From an uncultured Candidatus Saccharibacteria bacterium (lineage in GTDB: Bacteria > Patescibacteriota > Saccharimonadia > Saccharimonadales > UBA4665), in assembly GCA_964527385.1 (NCBI GenBank), contig CAZGPZ010000001.1:1-62077 (forward strand): a stretch of DNA of 62,077 nucleotides, in the 5' to 3' direction. The notes beneath the pieces are model-generated. The model did no database searches and was not told the origin of the DNA. It was given only the letters and a program-made list of their open reading frames with translations. The position numbers were made by a program, and so were the translations under genes. Below, in pieces: positions 17,620 through 26,914 of this stretch (its first letter is position 1; the number at the start of each line of letters is the position of its first letter).

Positions 17620-17832
17620 CTACCTGTTTGCCAAATTCTTGAGCGTCGCTCCGTATTGCTTTACGAAGGCTTTGTACTCATTCGCAAGTAGGTCGGTGTC
17701 AGGCTGTACAGGCTCGACCGTAATCTTAACCTCGTCGCCTGCCTTCAGGTTGGCGCGCTTGAGTTCCTTCGCCGGCAAGGTGACGCCGTCGCTGGAACCA
17801 ATTTTTATGATTTTTTGGATGCTGGTTATCAT
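17620..17832 (-). CDS. AbrB/MazE/SpoVT-type antitoxin
   Basis: 70 aa. IIKIGSSDGVTLPAKELKRANLKAGDEV swapped-hairpin motif. Confidence 0.8.
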   Translation of the reverse strand: MITSIQKIIKIGSSDGVTLPAKELKRANLKAGDEVKITVEPVQPDTDLLANEYKAFVKQYGATLKNLANR

Positions 17833-17867
17833 GTGAAATATTATAATCGTATTATAATATTAGTCAA
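17830..17867 (-). promoter_or_regulatory. TTGACT-16-TATAAT promoter, leaderless ATG 17832, overlapped by 11-bp inverted-repeat operator
   Basis: TTGACT 17867-17862, TATAAT 17845-17840, 7 nt, then the ATG. AATATTATAAT-cgt-ATTATAATATT lies at 17837-17861. Confidence 0.65.
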
Positions 17868-18465
17868 GCTCGGCGACGACCCGCACGGGGGCGCCGTCAC
17901 CTTCCAACTTTAGCGGCAAGGCATAGAGGCCGAATTGTTTGCCTGCCAGCAGGGCGAGATTGGTGAGGTTCTCAACTAATAATATATCCTCTGCGAGCAG
18001 CGCTTTGTGCACCGGAAACGTTTCATCCATATCAAAGCTGCCGGCGTCGATGCCAACAAGCGGCACTTTACGGGCAATAAGCAAATGTACTGTTGCTTCG
18101 TCGGGCACCATATACTCGTGCCAGTAGCGCTCTTCCTGGAAGTAATCGCTAGCGCCCGTATAAAAAAGCACGCCGGCGCCATCAACGAGCTGCCGTTCGA
18201 TATCATCGGCGCGGAAACCGCCGCGCACGTCAATGCAAACAGCCCGCGTGAAAAACCGCTCAACAGGATAATCTTTTAATTGCTTTCCGCCACCAAGCAT
18301 ATGTGCCGCGGCGTCGATATGCGTCCCGGTATGCGTGCCGATGAATATTGAACTCACGGCGTAACCATCGGCCGGCACTGTGGCAATTGGCGTAATGGCA
18401 ACCGCCGGGTCGCCGGGGTATACCGGCAAGGAACTGGTAACGGGCTGCGTCAGGTCGTATAGCAT
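17860..18465 (-). CDS. cyclase family protein (kynurenine formamidase-like)
   Basis: HTGTHIDAAAH motif. Start moved to ATG 18465, which lies 7 nt after TATAAT. Confidence 0.8.
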   Translation of the reverse strand: MLYDLTQPVTSSLPVYPGDPAVAITPIATVPADGYAVSSIFIGTHTGTHIDAAAHMLGGGKQLKDYPVERFFTRAVCIDVRGGFRADDIERQLVDGAGVLFYTGASDYFQEERYWHEYMVPDEATVHLLIARKVPLVGIDAGSFDMDETFPVHKALLAEDILLVENLTNLALLAGKQFGLYALPLKLEGDGAPVRVVAELD

Positions 18466-18478
18466 GGCTTTCATTATA
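18463..18478 (-). promoter_or_regulatory. -10 TATAAT 7 nt upstream of ATG 18465; leaderless
   Basis: Minus strand reads cgTATAATgaaagccATG. Confidence 0.5.
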
Positions 18479-18505
18479 CGGCTTTATGCCTGCCCCGATT
18501 CACGG

Positions 18506-18522
18506 TATGATGCGAAGTAATG
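18506..18522 (+). promoter_or_regulatory. -10 TATGAT 8 nt upstream of ATG 18520; leaderless
   Basis: cggTATGATgcgaagtaATG. Confidence 0.45.
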
Positions 18523-19446
18523 ACCGTCAAACGATTTGCCATGACAAGCGTGAAAACGATTGTTGTGTTCGTGGTATTCGCCACTGCTAGTTATCTGGCG
18601 TACACCTATGTTTGGATTCCCTATTCGGACAATTACGTCCTTGCGCACGCCGACCCGGCAATGGCCAAACTAGCCAACGAGGCAGGCATGAGCCGGAAGG
18701 GAAAACTGGTATTCCTACGCGCCGACCCGAAATTGGTCACCGACGCCCAAATGCAATCCGCGTGTGCCGACAATACCGCCGCCAACAACAGCAACGGCTT
18801 CATCGAGCAAGGTTGCTACAACACCGCCACGCATCGGATTTACCTGCGTGAAATGCCCGGCAATTTGCACGAGTTAGTTGTCGCGACCGCGTCGTACGAA
18901 ATGCTCCACCCGGTGTACATTGACCTTCATACCCCAGCCTTGGACGCGGCAATCGAAGCTAACTATAAGGAAATCAGCGACAAGCACTTGCGAGAGCAGG
19001 TCGCCAACTTTGCCAAGACCGAACCGGACGCCCGCGACCTTGAGCTGTTCTCGCTCCTCGCCACTGGGTACAGCAACCTCAGCGACGACCTCAGGGCATA
19101 CTATGCACCGTACTTTAATGACATCAGCAAGACGGTCAGTGCCAATGCCGAGGTAACCAAGCTATTCAACGACAGCCAGAAGCAATTGGCAGCCGCCAAA
19201 TCCCAGATCGACGCCTACGAAAAACGAGCAAATGCCGCCTACGCCTCGAGCATCAGCTGGGCCCAAGCTGGCAGCCAGTATTGGGACGATTACTACTACA
19301 ACCTCTACCGATCGTACATAAGCAAAGAGAACGCCGCCATCAATACATACAACAGATTAATCGAGAGTTACGACGCTCTTGTAACCGAATACAACGGAAC
19401 CCAGCCGGTCAAGCAGTTAGGGCCCGCGGAAACGCAAACGCAGTAA
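18520..19446 (+). CDS. membrane-anchored hypothetical protein
   Basis: 308 aa. One N-terminal TM and a Tyr/Ala-rich helical C-terminus. Confidence 0.6.
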   Translation: MTVKRFAMTSVKTIVVFVVFATASYLAYTYVWIPYSDNYVLAHADPAMAKLANEAGMSRKGKLVFLRADPKLVTDAQMQSACADNTAANNSNGFIEQGCYNTATHRIYLREMPGNLHELVVATASYEMLHPVYIDLHTPALDAAIEANYKEISDKHLREQVANFAKTEPDARDLELFSLLATGYSNLSDDLRAYYAPYFNDISKTVSANAEVTKLFNDSQKQLAAAKSQIDAYEKRANAAYASSISWAQAGSQYWDDYYYNLYRSYISKENAAINTYNRLIESYDALVTEYNGTQPVKQLGPAETQTQ

Positions 19447-19447
19447 G

Positions 19448-20203
19448 TTACCGCAAAAGCAACGTCTCGATTGCTACCGCGACGCCGTCCGCTTCGACCG
19501 GGGGCACGATGTGGCTAGCAAGCTTTTTGAGGGCAGGCGGCGCGTTGCCCATGACCACCCTGAGCCCGACGGCCTGCAGCATTGGGTAATCGTTCATGTT
19601 GTCGCCGATTGCCATCGCCTGGTCTTTGTCCAGGCCTAACATGCCAAGCAACATCCGGACGGCGCTGCCTTTGTCGGCGAATTTATCAGTCACATGGATA
19701 TCCATGAGGCCGCTGTCTGCCCAGCCGGTCGTGACATAGGCGTTTACTCCTGGTACGGCACGGAGCGCCTGCGCCACGCTCTTAGCTTCTCCCGCTGGCA
19801 CCGATTCGATGAGCAATTTTGCCGCCGCCTCCTGGACATCGTCTAGCGAAGCGATGGGCGCTCGTGCCGCTATGTCGTCAGCGAATACACCATACCCATA
19901 GCCTAGTGCAACCGATGCCAGTTGGCGCACCTTTTCGGGCGGCAATGCTTTCCGGTACGCCCGCTCGCCGGTCGTCACGTCAGTGATCTCGGCGCCGCCA
20001 TTGAAAATACTCAGCCCTTCCAAGCCCAAATGATCAATGATCGGGCGCGCATACTGCAGCGGCCGTCCAGTTGCTATCACGACATGCATAAGCTGCTGGA
20101 CGGCCTGCACGGCTTCAGTCACGCGATCACTCGGTAGTGCTTCGCCGTTGGATGGCACTGTCGTCCCATCCAGGTCCAAGAACAAGATATCGATTTGCTG
20201 CAT
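19448..20203 (-). CDS. Cof-type HAD-IIB phosphatase
   Basis: LFLDLDGTTV ... IGDNMNDYPML. SD GGGAGA. Confidence 0.85.
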   Translation of the reverse strand: MQQIDILFLDLDGTTVPSNGEALPSDRVTEAVQAVQQLMHVVIATGRPLQYARPIIDHLGLEGLSIFNGGAEITDVTTGERAYRKALPPEKVRQLASVALGYGYGVFADDIAARAPIASLDDVQEAAAKLLIESVPAGEAKSVAQALRAVPGVNAYVTTGWADSGLMDIHVTDKFADKGSAVRMLLGMLGLDKDQAMAIGDNMNDYPMLQAVGLRVVMGNAPPALKKLASHIVPPVEADGVAVAIETLLLR

Positions 20204-20277
20204 AGTGATCTCCCAGCCTGTAGGTATATTTTCCCAGCGCGAACTTCATGCAAAGGATTGGAATAGCCCAGGAGCAA

Positions 20278-20736
20278 CTACTCCCGTGATGCTTCCCTGC
20301 CTACCGCCCAGTACGCGAGCCGGGCTATTTCCAGCACGCCAGGGTCGCCTGGATCCCAGTTACCTGCGCCGTCAACTACCACCGCGCCAAGGTCAAAATA
20401 TCGTTGTGCGTATCGCTCCTCGTTGTCGCTGAGGAAGACATGCGCCAGGTCTTCCCTGCGTATGGTCACGCCCAAGGCATTGTCGCCTGGCTTCACCAAT
20501 ATCTTTATTGCATCGAATTTACCCGACTTAGCCTTCATCATCGCGAGCCAAGCCGCATATAGGAACGTATACGAGGCGGGCTCGCTTGCTTCTACCCAGT
20601 ATGCGCCTGGGCTGCCCGGATCAGCCTCCACCGATGGACCGGGTTCATAGTCGGCTTCAGCGCCAGTTCCGGCCCGCCGCCAAAAACATTGCTCTCCGAA
20701 AACCAACCGGGGTATTTTGTCGCCTGTAAGTGCCAT
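20278..20736 (-). CDS. hypothetical protein
   Basis: 152 aa. No family recognised. Confidence 0.5.
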   Translation of the reverse strand: MALTGDKIPRLVFGEQCFWRRAGTGAEADYEPGPSVEADPGSPGAYWVEASEPASYTFLYAAWLAMMKAKSGKFDAIKILVKPGDNALGVTIRREDLAHVFLSDNEERYAQRYFDLGAVVVDGAGNWDPGDPGVLEIARLAYWAVGREASRE

Positions 20737-20818
20737 GACTTAAATAGTACACCAATACAGGCGCATAAGCCTTACAAATATACCAATCGCACTACTGCTA
20801 CAATACGAGTATGCGAGC

Positions 20819-21442
20819 ATGGTTTTTAGTGCCCGGCAAGATTGCCTGGCGATAGTGTTGGTCGTGGCGGTGTTGGCGCAAGCCGTGCGCGGGCTGCACG
20901 TAACGGGGTACAATACCGGAAATTATTTCAGTTACTTCACGGTCATCAGCAATTTCATCGCCGCGGGCGCGCTGTTGGTGAGCGCGTACGTGGTTTGGGC
21001 ACGGAAACAAAGCCGGGCGATAGATTATATCCGCGGCGCGGCGGTACTATACATGGTGCTCACGTGCCTGGGCTACACCGTCGCCGCGACCGCGCGCGAG
21101 TTCACGCTGCTGCCAGGAATCATTGTCATCATTCCGTGGGCGAATAACATCATCCATTTTATTGGGCCACTATTGGTTGTTAGCGATTGGCTCATTGACC
21201 GGCCAACGCACCCGCTCCGTTTCAGACCAACGTTTTATTGGCTCGCCTTCCCGTTCGCCTACGTGATTTTCTCGCTGGCGCGCGGGCACCTGACTGGTTG
21301 GTATCCCTACCCGTTTCTTGACGTGCAGCGTTATAGTTTTGGCGTCGTTGCACTGGGCTGCCTCGTGACATTTGGGCTTATCGTTGCGCTGGGCGCCGGT
21401 GTCATGCGGCTAGCAAACATGCTGTTTAATTCGCGGCACTGA
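20819..21442 (+). CDS. integral membrane protein (Pr6Pr/AIG1-like family, from memory)
   Basis: Six TM segments. NYFSYFTVISN and GWYPYPFLD motifs. Confidence 0.55.
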   Translation: MVFSARQDCLAIVLVVAVLAQAVRGLHVTGYNTGNYFSYFTVISNFIAAGALLVSAYVVWARKQSRAIDYIRGAAVLYMVLTCLGYTVAATAREFTLLPGIIVIIPWANNIIHFIGPLLVVSDWLIDRPTHPLRFRPTFYWLAFPFAYVIFSLARGHLTGWYPYPFLDVQRYSFGVVALGCLVTFGLIVALGAGVMRLANMLFNSRH

Positions 21443-21893
21443 CGAGTTCGGGTTTCGCCAACGTGACGTAATCGGCGTATGACATGTGGATCGAGATATC
21501 ATGGCGACCGGGGTTGAAGAAGATTGAGTCATTTTGGCCTAGGCTTTGGTCAACGAGCGTCCGGAGGCCCGCGACAATACCGAGCGGGTAGCACGAGCCA
21601 ATTTTGCAGCCCATCTGTTCTTCGCCCTCTTCGGGCGTAGCGAAACGGATGCTCTTGGTGTGCAAATACTCTTTCAGCTTGCGTGAATCAGCGCGCTTGT
21701 CGCCCGGCAGAACAACTAATACGAAATTGCCTTCCTTTGTTTTGAAGAGCAACGCCTTGGCAGCTTGGGACATGCTGACGCCACGCGCTGCAGCGGCTTC
21801 CTCGCTGGTGTGGACAGGTTCGTGCTCAAATTTTTCGTATACGATATGTGTGTCATCGAGCAAGCGCACTATCGCTTGGTACGGGTCTTTCAT
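21426..21893 (-). CDS. YbaK/aminoacyl-tRNA editing (deacylase) domain protein
   Basis: ORF trimmed to MKDPYQ. AAKALLFK...VLVVLPGDKR...GSCYPLG pattern. Confidence 0.75.
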   Translation of the reverse strand: MKDPYQAIVRLLDDTHIVYEKFEHEPVHTSEEAAAARGVSMSQAAKALLFKTKEGNFVLVVLPGDKRADSRKLKEYLHTKSIRFATPEEGEEQMGCKIGSCYPLGIVAGLRTLVDQSLGQNDSIFFNPGRHDISIHMSYADYVTLAKPELVSAAN

Positions 21894-21909
21894 TGGGCAA
21901 AATCCTCGG

Positions 21910-22353
21910 TTAATTTGGTGAGGAATCGATGGCCTGGGCAATGAACCTGAGAAGCTCAGCTGCGGGCACAACTGGTTTTTGGGTGAATATTGGCTCGGGT
22001 GTAAATTCCGCGCCGTGACCAGGCCAACCCTGGCCGATAACGACTACTGGCGTCGGGTTACCAGCCATCCCCCTCAGTAATATGCGGGACGCCGCTTCCG
22101 GCAAATTAACTGTTACTACAACATCCGGTTTGAAATCCGGCTCGGCGAGTTGCCCGCCCAGCGCTTCGATTACATCCGAGTTTCGTGGGTCACGCGCGTA
22201 GCCATCAGCATGCACACCAAGCAAAGCAAGCGAGTTCGCGAGCAGCGCAAGCACCGGGAGGTCAGGACCAACCAACGCCGCCCATCGTGCATCGGCACTT
22301 GCCGCTTCCGCCCGTATATCCGGCGTTTGTATTTCCTCTGTTGGTCCGCTCAC
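21910..22353 (-). CDS. hypothetical protein, degenerate receiver(CheY)-like
   Basis: 147 aa. Alternating beta/alpha pattern (PDVVVTVNLPEAASRILLRGM...PVVVIGQ...KPVVPAELLRFI), but the acidic pocket and phospho-acceptor Asp are not evident. Confidence 0.5.
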   Translation of the reverse strand: MSGPTEEIQTPDIRAEAASADARWAALVGPDLPVLALLANSLALLGVHADGYARDPRNSDVIEALGGQLAEPDFKPDVVVTVNLPEAASRILLRGMAGNPTPVVVIGQGWPGHGAEFTPEPIFTQKPVVPAAELLRFIAQAIDSSPN

Positions 22354-22397
22354 TTGCTATCCGTTTGTTGGCATTAGGTAAATACGCGCGGACATTT

Positions 22398-23714
22398 TTA
22401 CGGCGCGACCCGGTTGATATCGCGCGGGAACAACGTCGCTTCTTTGACGTTCTGGAGGCCGATGGTCTTGGCGACGAAACGGTCAATGCCAAACCCACAG
22501 CCGCCGTGGGCCGGCAGCCCGTACTTGAAGGCTTGCAAGTAGTATTTATATCCGGGATGATTGACATCCAACCCAGCCTTGGTCATTTGCTCGATCATCT
22601 TTTCGTAGATATGCTCGCGCAACGGGCACGTCGCCAGTTCCAGGCCGCGATAGAGCAAATCGGCCCAGAAAACGACACCTTTTTCGGCATCGACTTTGTG
22701 GTAGAACTTCATGGCTTCGATCGGGAATTCTGTGGCGAACACGAGGTCAGAGCCAAGTTCTTTGCGGGCGTATTCGCCAATCCAGCGTTCTTCGTCTGGG
22801 ATCAGGTCCTTTTCGGCAGTCGTATCGGTCTTCGTCGCGCGTGAGTACATTTCGTGGATTTGGGCGATCGTGAAGCGCGGCACTTTGCCGCCTGCCGGCA
22901 GCCTAAGTTCCGGCGCATTCAAGCTTTTCAGCTCGTCAGCGCACGTTTCGTATGTCTTACGCAGTGCATATTGGGTCATATCGCCGACCATGTCGAGCAC
23001 CTCGTCGTGGTCCTTTACAAAACCCATCTCGATATCGAGCATGGTTAGTTCGGTAATGTGCCGCGTCGTGGCGCTCGGCTCGGCACGGTATGAATGGCCG
23101 ATCTCATAGACGCGTTCGTACGCGCCGACCATGATCTGCTTGTAGAACTGCGGGCTTTGGGCCAGGACGGCTTCGCGGCCAAAATAGTCGACCTTGAAGA
23201 CTTCAGCACCACCCTCGGTTGCGCCGGCCAGGATCTTCGGCGTGTCGATCTCGACGAATTCATGCTGGTCAAGAAATTCACGGATGTAGCGCGTCAGCTG
23301 GCCGCGAACTTTAAAGATCTTTTGCTCCTGCAGATTGCGAACGTTCAATACGCGGTACTCAAACAATGTGTCCAAATTCTCTGCTTTGTGCAAAATCGGC
23401 TTGTCCACTTCTATCGGCGGCTCATCGGTAACGGGCGTCAGCACTGAAAGCGCCACGTCGTGCAGTTCAGCCCCGCCGGGAGCACGCGGCTCTTCAACGG
23501 TTATGCCGTCAACAGCCAATACCGTGCCGATCTGCATGCCACGCAGCTTCTCGACTTCGTCTTTATTGTCGATGACAACCTGGACAAGACCCCTGCGGTC
23601 GCGCACGTTGATAAATGTCAGTCCACCTAACAGGCGCTTTTTGTGCAGCCAGCCCTCGATCCGCACTTTTTGGCCGATGTGCGACTTCACGTCGCTGGAG
23701 AGAGTTCGTTCCAT
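22398..23714 (-). CDS. aspS: aspartate--tRNA ligase, archaeal/eukaryal type (class IIb)
   Basis: OB-fold N-terminus, LAQSPQFYKQ, and class II motifs (FRAE-like YRAEPS, GGCGFGIDR). SD AAGGAA before ATG 23714. Confidence 0.9.
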   Translation of the reverse strand: MERTLSSDVKSHIGQKVRIEGWLHKKRLLGGLTFINVRDRRGLVQVVIDNKDEVEKLRGMQIGTVLAVDGITVEEPRAPGGAELHDVALSVLTPVTDEPPIEVDKPILHKAENLDTLFEYRVLNVRNLQEQKIFKVRGQLTRYIREFLDQHEFVEIDTPKILAGATEGGAEVFKVDYFGREAVLAQSPQFYKQIMVGAYERVYEIGHSYRAEPSATTRHITELTMLDIEMGFVKDHDEVLDMVGDMTQYALRKTYETCADELKSLNAPELRLPAGGKVPRFTIAQIHEMYSRATKTDTTAEKDLIPDEERWIGEYARKELGSDLVFATEFPIEAMKFYHKVDAEKGVVFWADLLYRGLELATCPLREHIYEKMIEQMTKAGLDVNHPGYKYYLQAFKYGLPAHGGCGFGIDRFVAKTIGLQNVKEATLFPRDINRVAP

Positions 23715-23838
23715 AGAATATTCCTTGTTTAGTTGGTGCGGCTGAGGTAGGGTCGGATGCGCATGCAACCAGCGCCGGCTAGTTGCTGCCGACCCAGGAA
23801 TTCATATTGGAATCATCCACGCGCATACACATTTGGTG

Positions 23839-24894
23839 TTATTCTACCACCTCTGTTGGCTTTTCGGTAGCATTTTCTTCGGGCAATGGTTTCTTCGCGC
23901 GGTCGTGGCGGTGCACGACGGCTTGGCGGTCGTCATGGCGCCCAAACGCTTGGTGCTCGATCGTACCAAACAGCTTGCGCATGACATCGCTGAGCGTGAC
24001 GATCCCCGTGTACTCGTCCATCTTGTTCACGACAACAAAGAGATGTTGGCCCGTTTCGTAAAATGCGCGCAGCACGCTCTCTAGGCTATCTAGCTCGTGC
24101 ACGTACGCCAAATGATGGTCGTAGTTGTCGCGGACTTTGCCATGTTGCCGGACATCCGCGACCATGCCAACTGCCAGCGTGCCGACAATATTGGACTTTT
24201 TGCCCTCGTACACTGGATAGCGCTGATGGCCGCTTTGGTGCAGTTCCGCCAGGAACACCGGGCTGATATCATCGTCGATACCGACCGACTTGACCTGCTT
24301 GCGCGGCACAGCGATGTCGCCAGCGGTGACGTTGCCGAACTGCAGCGCGTTTTGCATGAGCTTGATTTCTTGTTCGCTGATCCGGCTATCTATTTGGCTG
24401 GATTGGCGCTCCAATAGCTCAGCCAGGTCTTCGCGCTCGTATATCCCCGTATGCCCCGCATCGTGGTAGCGCGCAAGTAGTGGAATGATGGACGAGGCAA
24501 GCGGGTGCGTAATCCGTAATATATGCAGGAGCGCCGGTGTCGACCAGATGGCAGCCTGCGCGCCAAGGCGCGTCAAGCGGGTGCGCGGCAGCCAAACGTA
24601 GGTGAAGAGCAGCACGAGGCCGACCACCACAAAACTCAGCACCGCCGGGGCAGCTAATGACAATAGCACGAACCCGCCAGCAGCGCCTAGGCTCATTACT
24701 GTGAAAAGCAGCAGCTTCAACTCGTCGCCGTACGCCGCCGCCTGGAACAACGTCGTGGATACGAAATCTTGCTGCGCTGCCAACCGTTTCAGCTCGCGGT
24801 ACGGCACATAAAAATACGCTTTCTCCAAGGTCATTGCCAGTAGCGCGACGGATAGTAGTAATATAGCGAAAATGTATGTCAGCATACTTACCAT
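23839..24894 (-). CDS. CNNM/DUF21 + CBS-pair transporter (HlyC/CorC family)
   Basis: Four N-terminal TMs, then a tandem CBS region. Confidence 0.85.
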   Translation of the reverse strand: MVSMLTYIFAILLLSVALLAMTLEKAYFYVPYRELKRLAAQQDFVSTTLFQAAAYGDELKLLLFTVMSLGAAGGFVLLSLAAPAVLSFVVVGLVLLFTYVWLPRTRLTRLGAQAAIWSTPALLHILRITHPLASSIIPLLARYHDAGHTGIYEREDLAELLERQSSQIDSRISEQEIKLMQNALQFGNVTAGDIAVPRKQVKSVGIDDDISPVFLAELHQSGHQRYPVYEGKKSNIVGTLAVGMVADVRQHGKVRDNYDHHLAYVHELDSLESVLRAFYETGQHLFVVVNKMDEYTGIVTLSDVMRKLFGTIEHQAFGRHDDRQAVVHRHDRAKKPLPEENATEKPTEVVE

Positions 24895-24956
24895 GGTACC
24901 ATTTTGCCTTCCACTGGGTGCTGTATACTGAAGTAAGCAATTAAGCGAGGCACCGT

Positions 24957-25628
24957 ATGTCGAAGCAGTTTTGGCTCGTGCTCGGAGCGATCATCGTCGT
25001 CCTGGGCGCTATATTATTCGTCACTAACCATAACAATCCCAGCAGTACTGGCGCAAGCGGGACGCCAACCAGCCACACCGAAGGCACCAGCGCCGCAGGC
25101 GTCAAGCTCGTTGAATACGGTGACTTCCAATGCCCTGTTTGCGGTACGTTCTACCAGGTCGTCAAACAGGTCGCTGACAAATACAATAACAGCGTCGTTT
25201 TCCAGTTTCGCAACTTGCCACTGACCTCCATTCACCCGAACGCGTTTGCCGCCGCCCGCGCCGCCGAAGCTGCCGGGTTGCAAAACAAATACTGGGAAAT
25301 GCACGACCTGCTCTACACCAACCAGAGCACTTGGGCAAACTCAACAGACCCGTTGCAATTATTTGACAGTTACGCGCAACAGTTAGGATTGAATGTGACC
25401 AAGTTTAATACTGATTACGCCAGTGACGCGGTCAACCGGGCTATCAACGCCGACCTTAACGCGTTTGCCCAAACCGGCGACGAGATGGCGACGCCGACGT
25501 TTTACTTGGATGGTACCAAGCTCGACAACCTCTCGCTGGCCGACAGCACCGGCACGCCAAACATCGACGCGTTTTCAAAGATAATCGACGCCGAACTCGC
25601 CAAGAAATCTTCAGCCACCAAGCCATAG
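24957..25628 (+). CDS. DsbA-family thiol:disulfide oxidoreductase, membrane anchored
   Basis: N-terminal TM and the active site FQCPVCGTF. Confidence 0.85.
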   Translation: MSKQFWLVLGAIIVVLGAILFVTNHNNPSSTGASGTPTSHTEGTSAAGVKLVEYGDFQCPVCGTFYQVVKQVADKYNNSVVFQFRNLPLTSIHPNAFAAARAAEAAGLQNKYWEMHDLLYTNQSTWANSTDPLQLFDSYAQQLGLNVTKFNTDYASDAVNRAINADLNAFAQTGDEMATPTFYLDGTKLDNLSLADSTGTPNIDAFSKIIDAELAKKSSATKP

Positions 25629-25792
25629 CCAAAAAGCAACGTCAAGCCAACAAGCTCTCCTTCAGTCAAACACCAGCTTTCACGGAAGCTACATTCAGTC
25701 GCTGTAGACATAAATAGATAATACTGGTAAGCATGATTTGCTCTTAAAGCAAATTTGTGCTATTAATATAAATAGCCTCTAAAAAACAAATC

Positions 25793-26914
25793 ATGCCTAA
25801 CAACCTAGAAGACAAAGTGATAGTAGCTGACGGACCGGATACTGACCTTTCCCCGGTTGATACTGCTTCGCACGTTGATGCAAGCTCAGTTGAGCTCAAA
25901 CGAGGTATCAGCCGTCGTGAGCTCTTACGACGAGCCCGTACCGTACTCATCCTCGGCGCGGCATTAACGGGACCAAACGCAATCTTAAAGGGTGTGGAGA
26001 TCGCAGACTTTATCAATGATGGCTCTTATGAGTACGCTGACGACCCGATTGTGACCCGCCCAATATATCTTGGAGACATGAGTAGACCCGCTGAAGAGGA
26101 TTACACTCAGGCAGAAGTATTAGTTGGGGATAGTATTACTTGGGGATACGAACGTGGCCACCAGGTGTGTGTCGCCGAAATAGTTTCACAAGACGTAAAC
26201 AAAATTATGGCAGCCGCCGGCATACGCAAGCCGCGCAGTCGAGACGGACAGGAGCAAGGCTATTGGGGTAATTTGATGTATGCTTACCCTGGCATAACTA
26301 CAGCTGAGGTCGCTGATCAAGTTCATCGCTTTGCGACGGTTATGCGCACTAACTATCCTGGGTATAAAGGTCCTGTACGATTCGAGGGCAGTATGGGTGG
26401 GAATGATGCGCTGTACTATTTTAGCGACCATATGAACTTGTTTCGTATCGGGTCAATTATCAGCGATTTTAGGGGTTTCTTAGGCAAATATCAGTCACAA
26501 TCCCAGGGAATTCTGGAAGAACTTGCAAGTCTCCGCGATACTGTTCCCGGGTTGCAAATGATCAATATAGCTAGCCTGCCTGACATAGGACGCTCAAGTT
26601 TGTGGTATATGAAGATACCCTTCATCGCGCAAATAGCTACTGCGGCGTGTAAACGCATGAACCGCACGCTGGTCGATACATGCAAAGAGGTAAGCGAACG
26701 AACCGGCGTTGAAATCAATGTCTACAATATGTTCGACCTGCCAATAAGTGACATACATCCTACTAAGAGAGGATACGACAAAGAGGCAGCTCGAAGAGAA
26801 GAGCGCATGATAGGCACATTCCCGGATGGAACGCGGACTTTGGCCGACGAAGCTAAACGACATAAGGTAGCCACTGTACAGCCCCCGGCTTTCGTTCAGA
26901 CAATAACAACGTAA
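25793..26914 (+). CDS. SGNH/GDSL hydrolase with Tat-type signal
   Basis: SRRELLRRARTVLILGAAL twin-arginine motif. Blocks GDSITWG, GGNDA and DIHPT. Confidence 0.7.
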   Translation: MPNNLEDKVIVADGPDTDLSPVDTASHVDASSVELKRGISRRELLRRARTVLILGAALTGPNAILKGVEIADFINDGSYEYADDPIVTRPIYLGDMSRPAEEDYTQAEVLVGDSITWGYERGHQVCVAEIVSQDVNKIMAAAGIRKPRSRDGQEQGYWGNLMYAYPGITTAEVADQVHRFATVMRTNYPGYKGPVRFEGSMGGNDALYYFSDHMNLFRIGSIISDFRGFLGKYQSQSQGILEELASLRDTVPGLQMINIASLPDIGRSSLWYMKIPFIAQIATAACKRMNRTLVDTCKEVSERTGVEINVYNMFDLPISDIHPTKRGYDKEAARREERMIGTFPDGTRTLADEAKRHKVATVQPPAFVQTITT

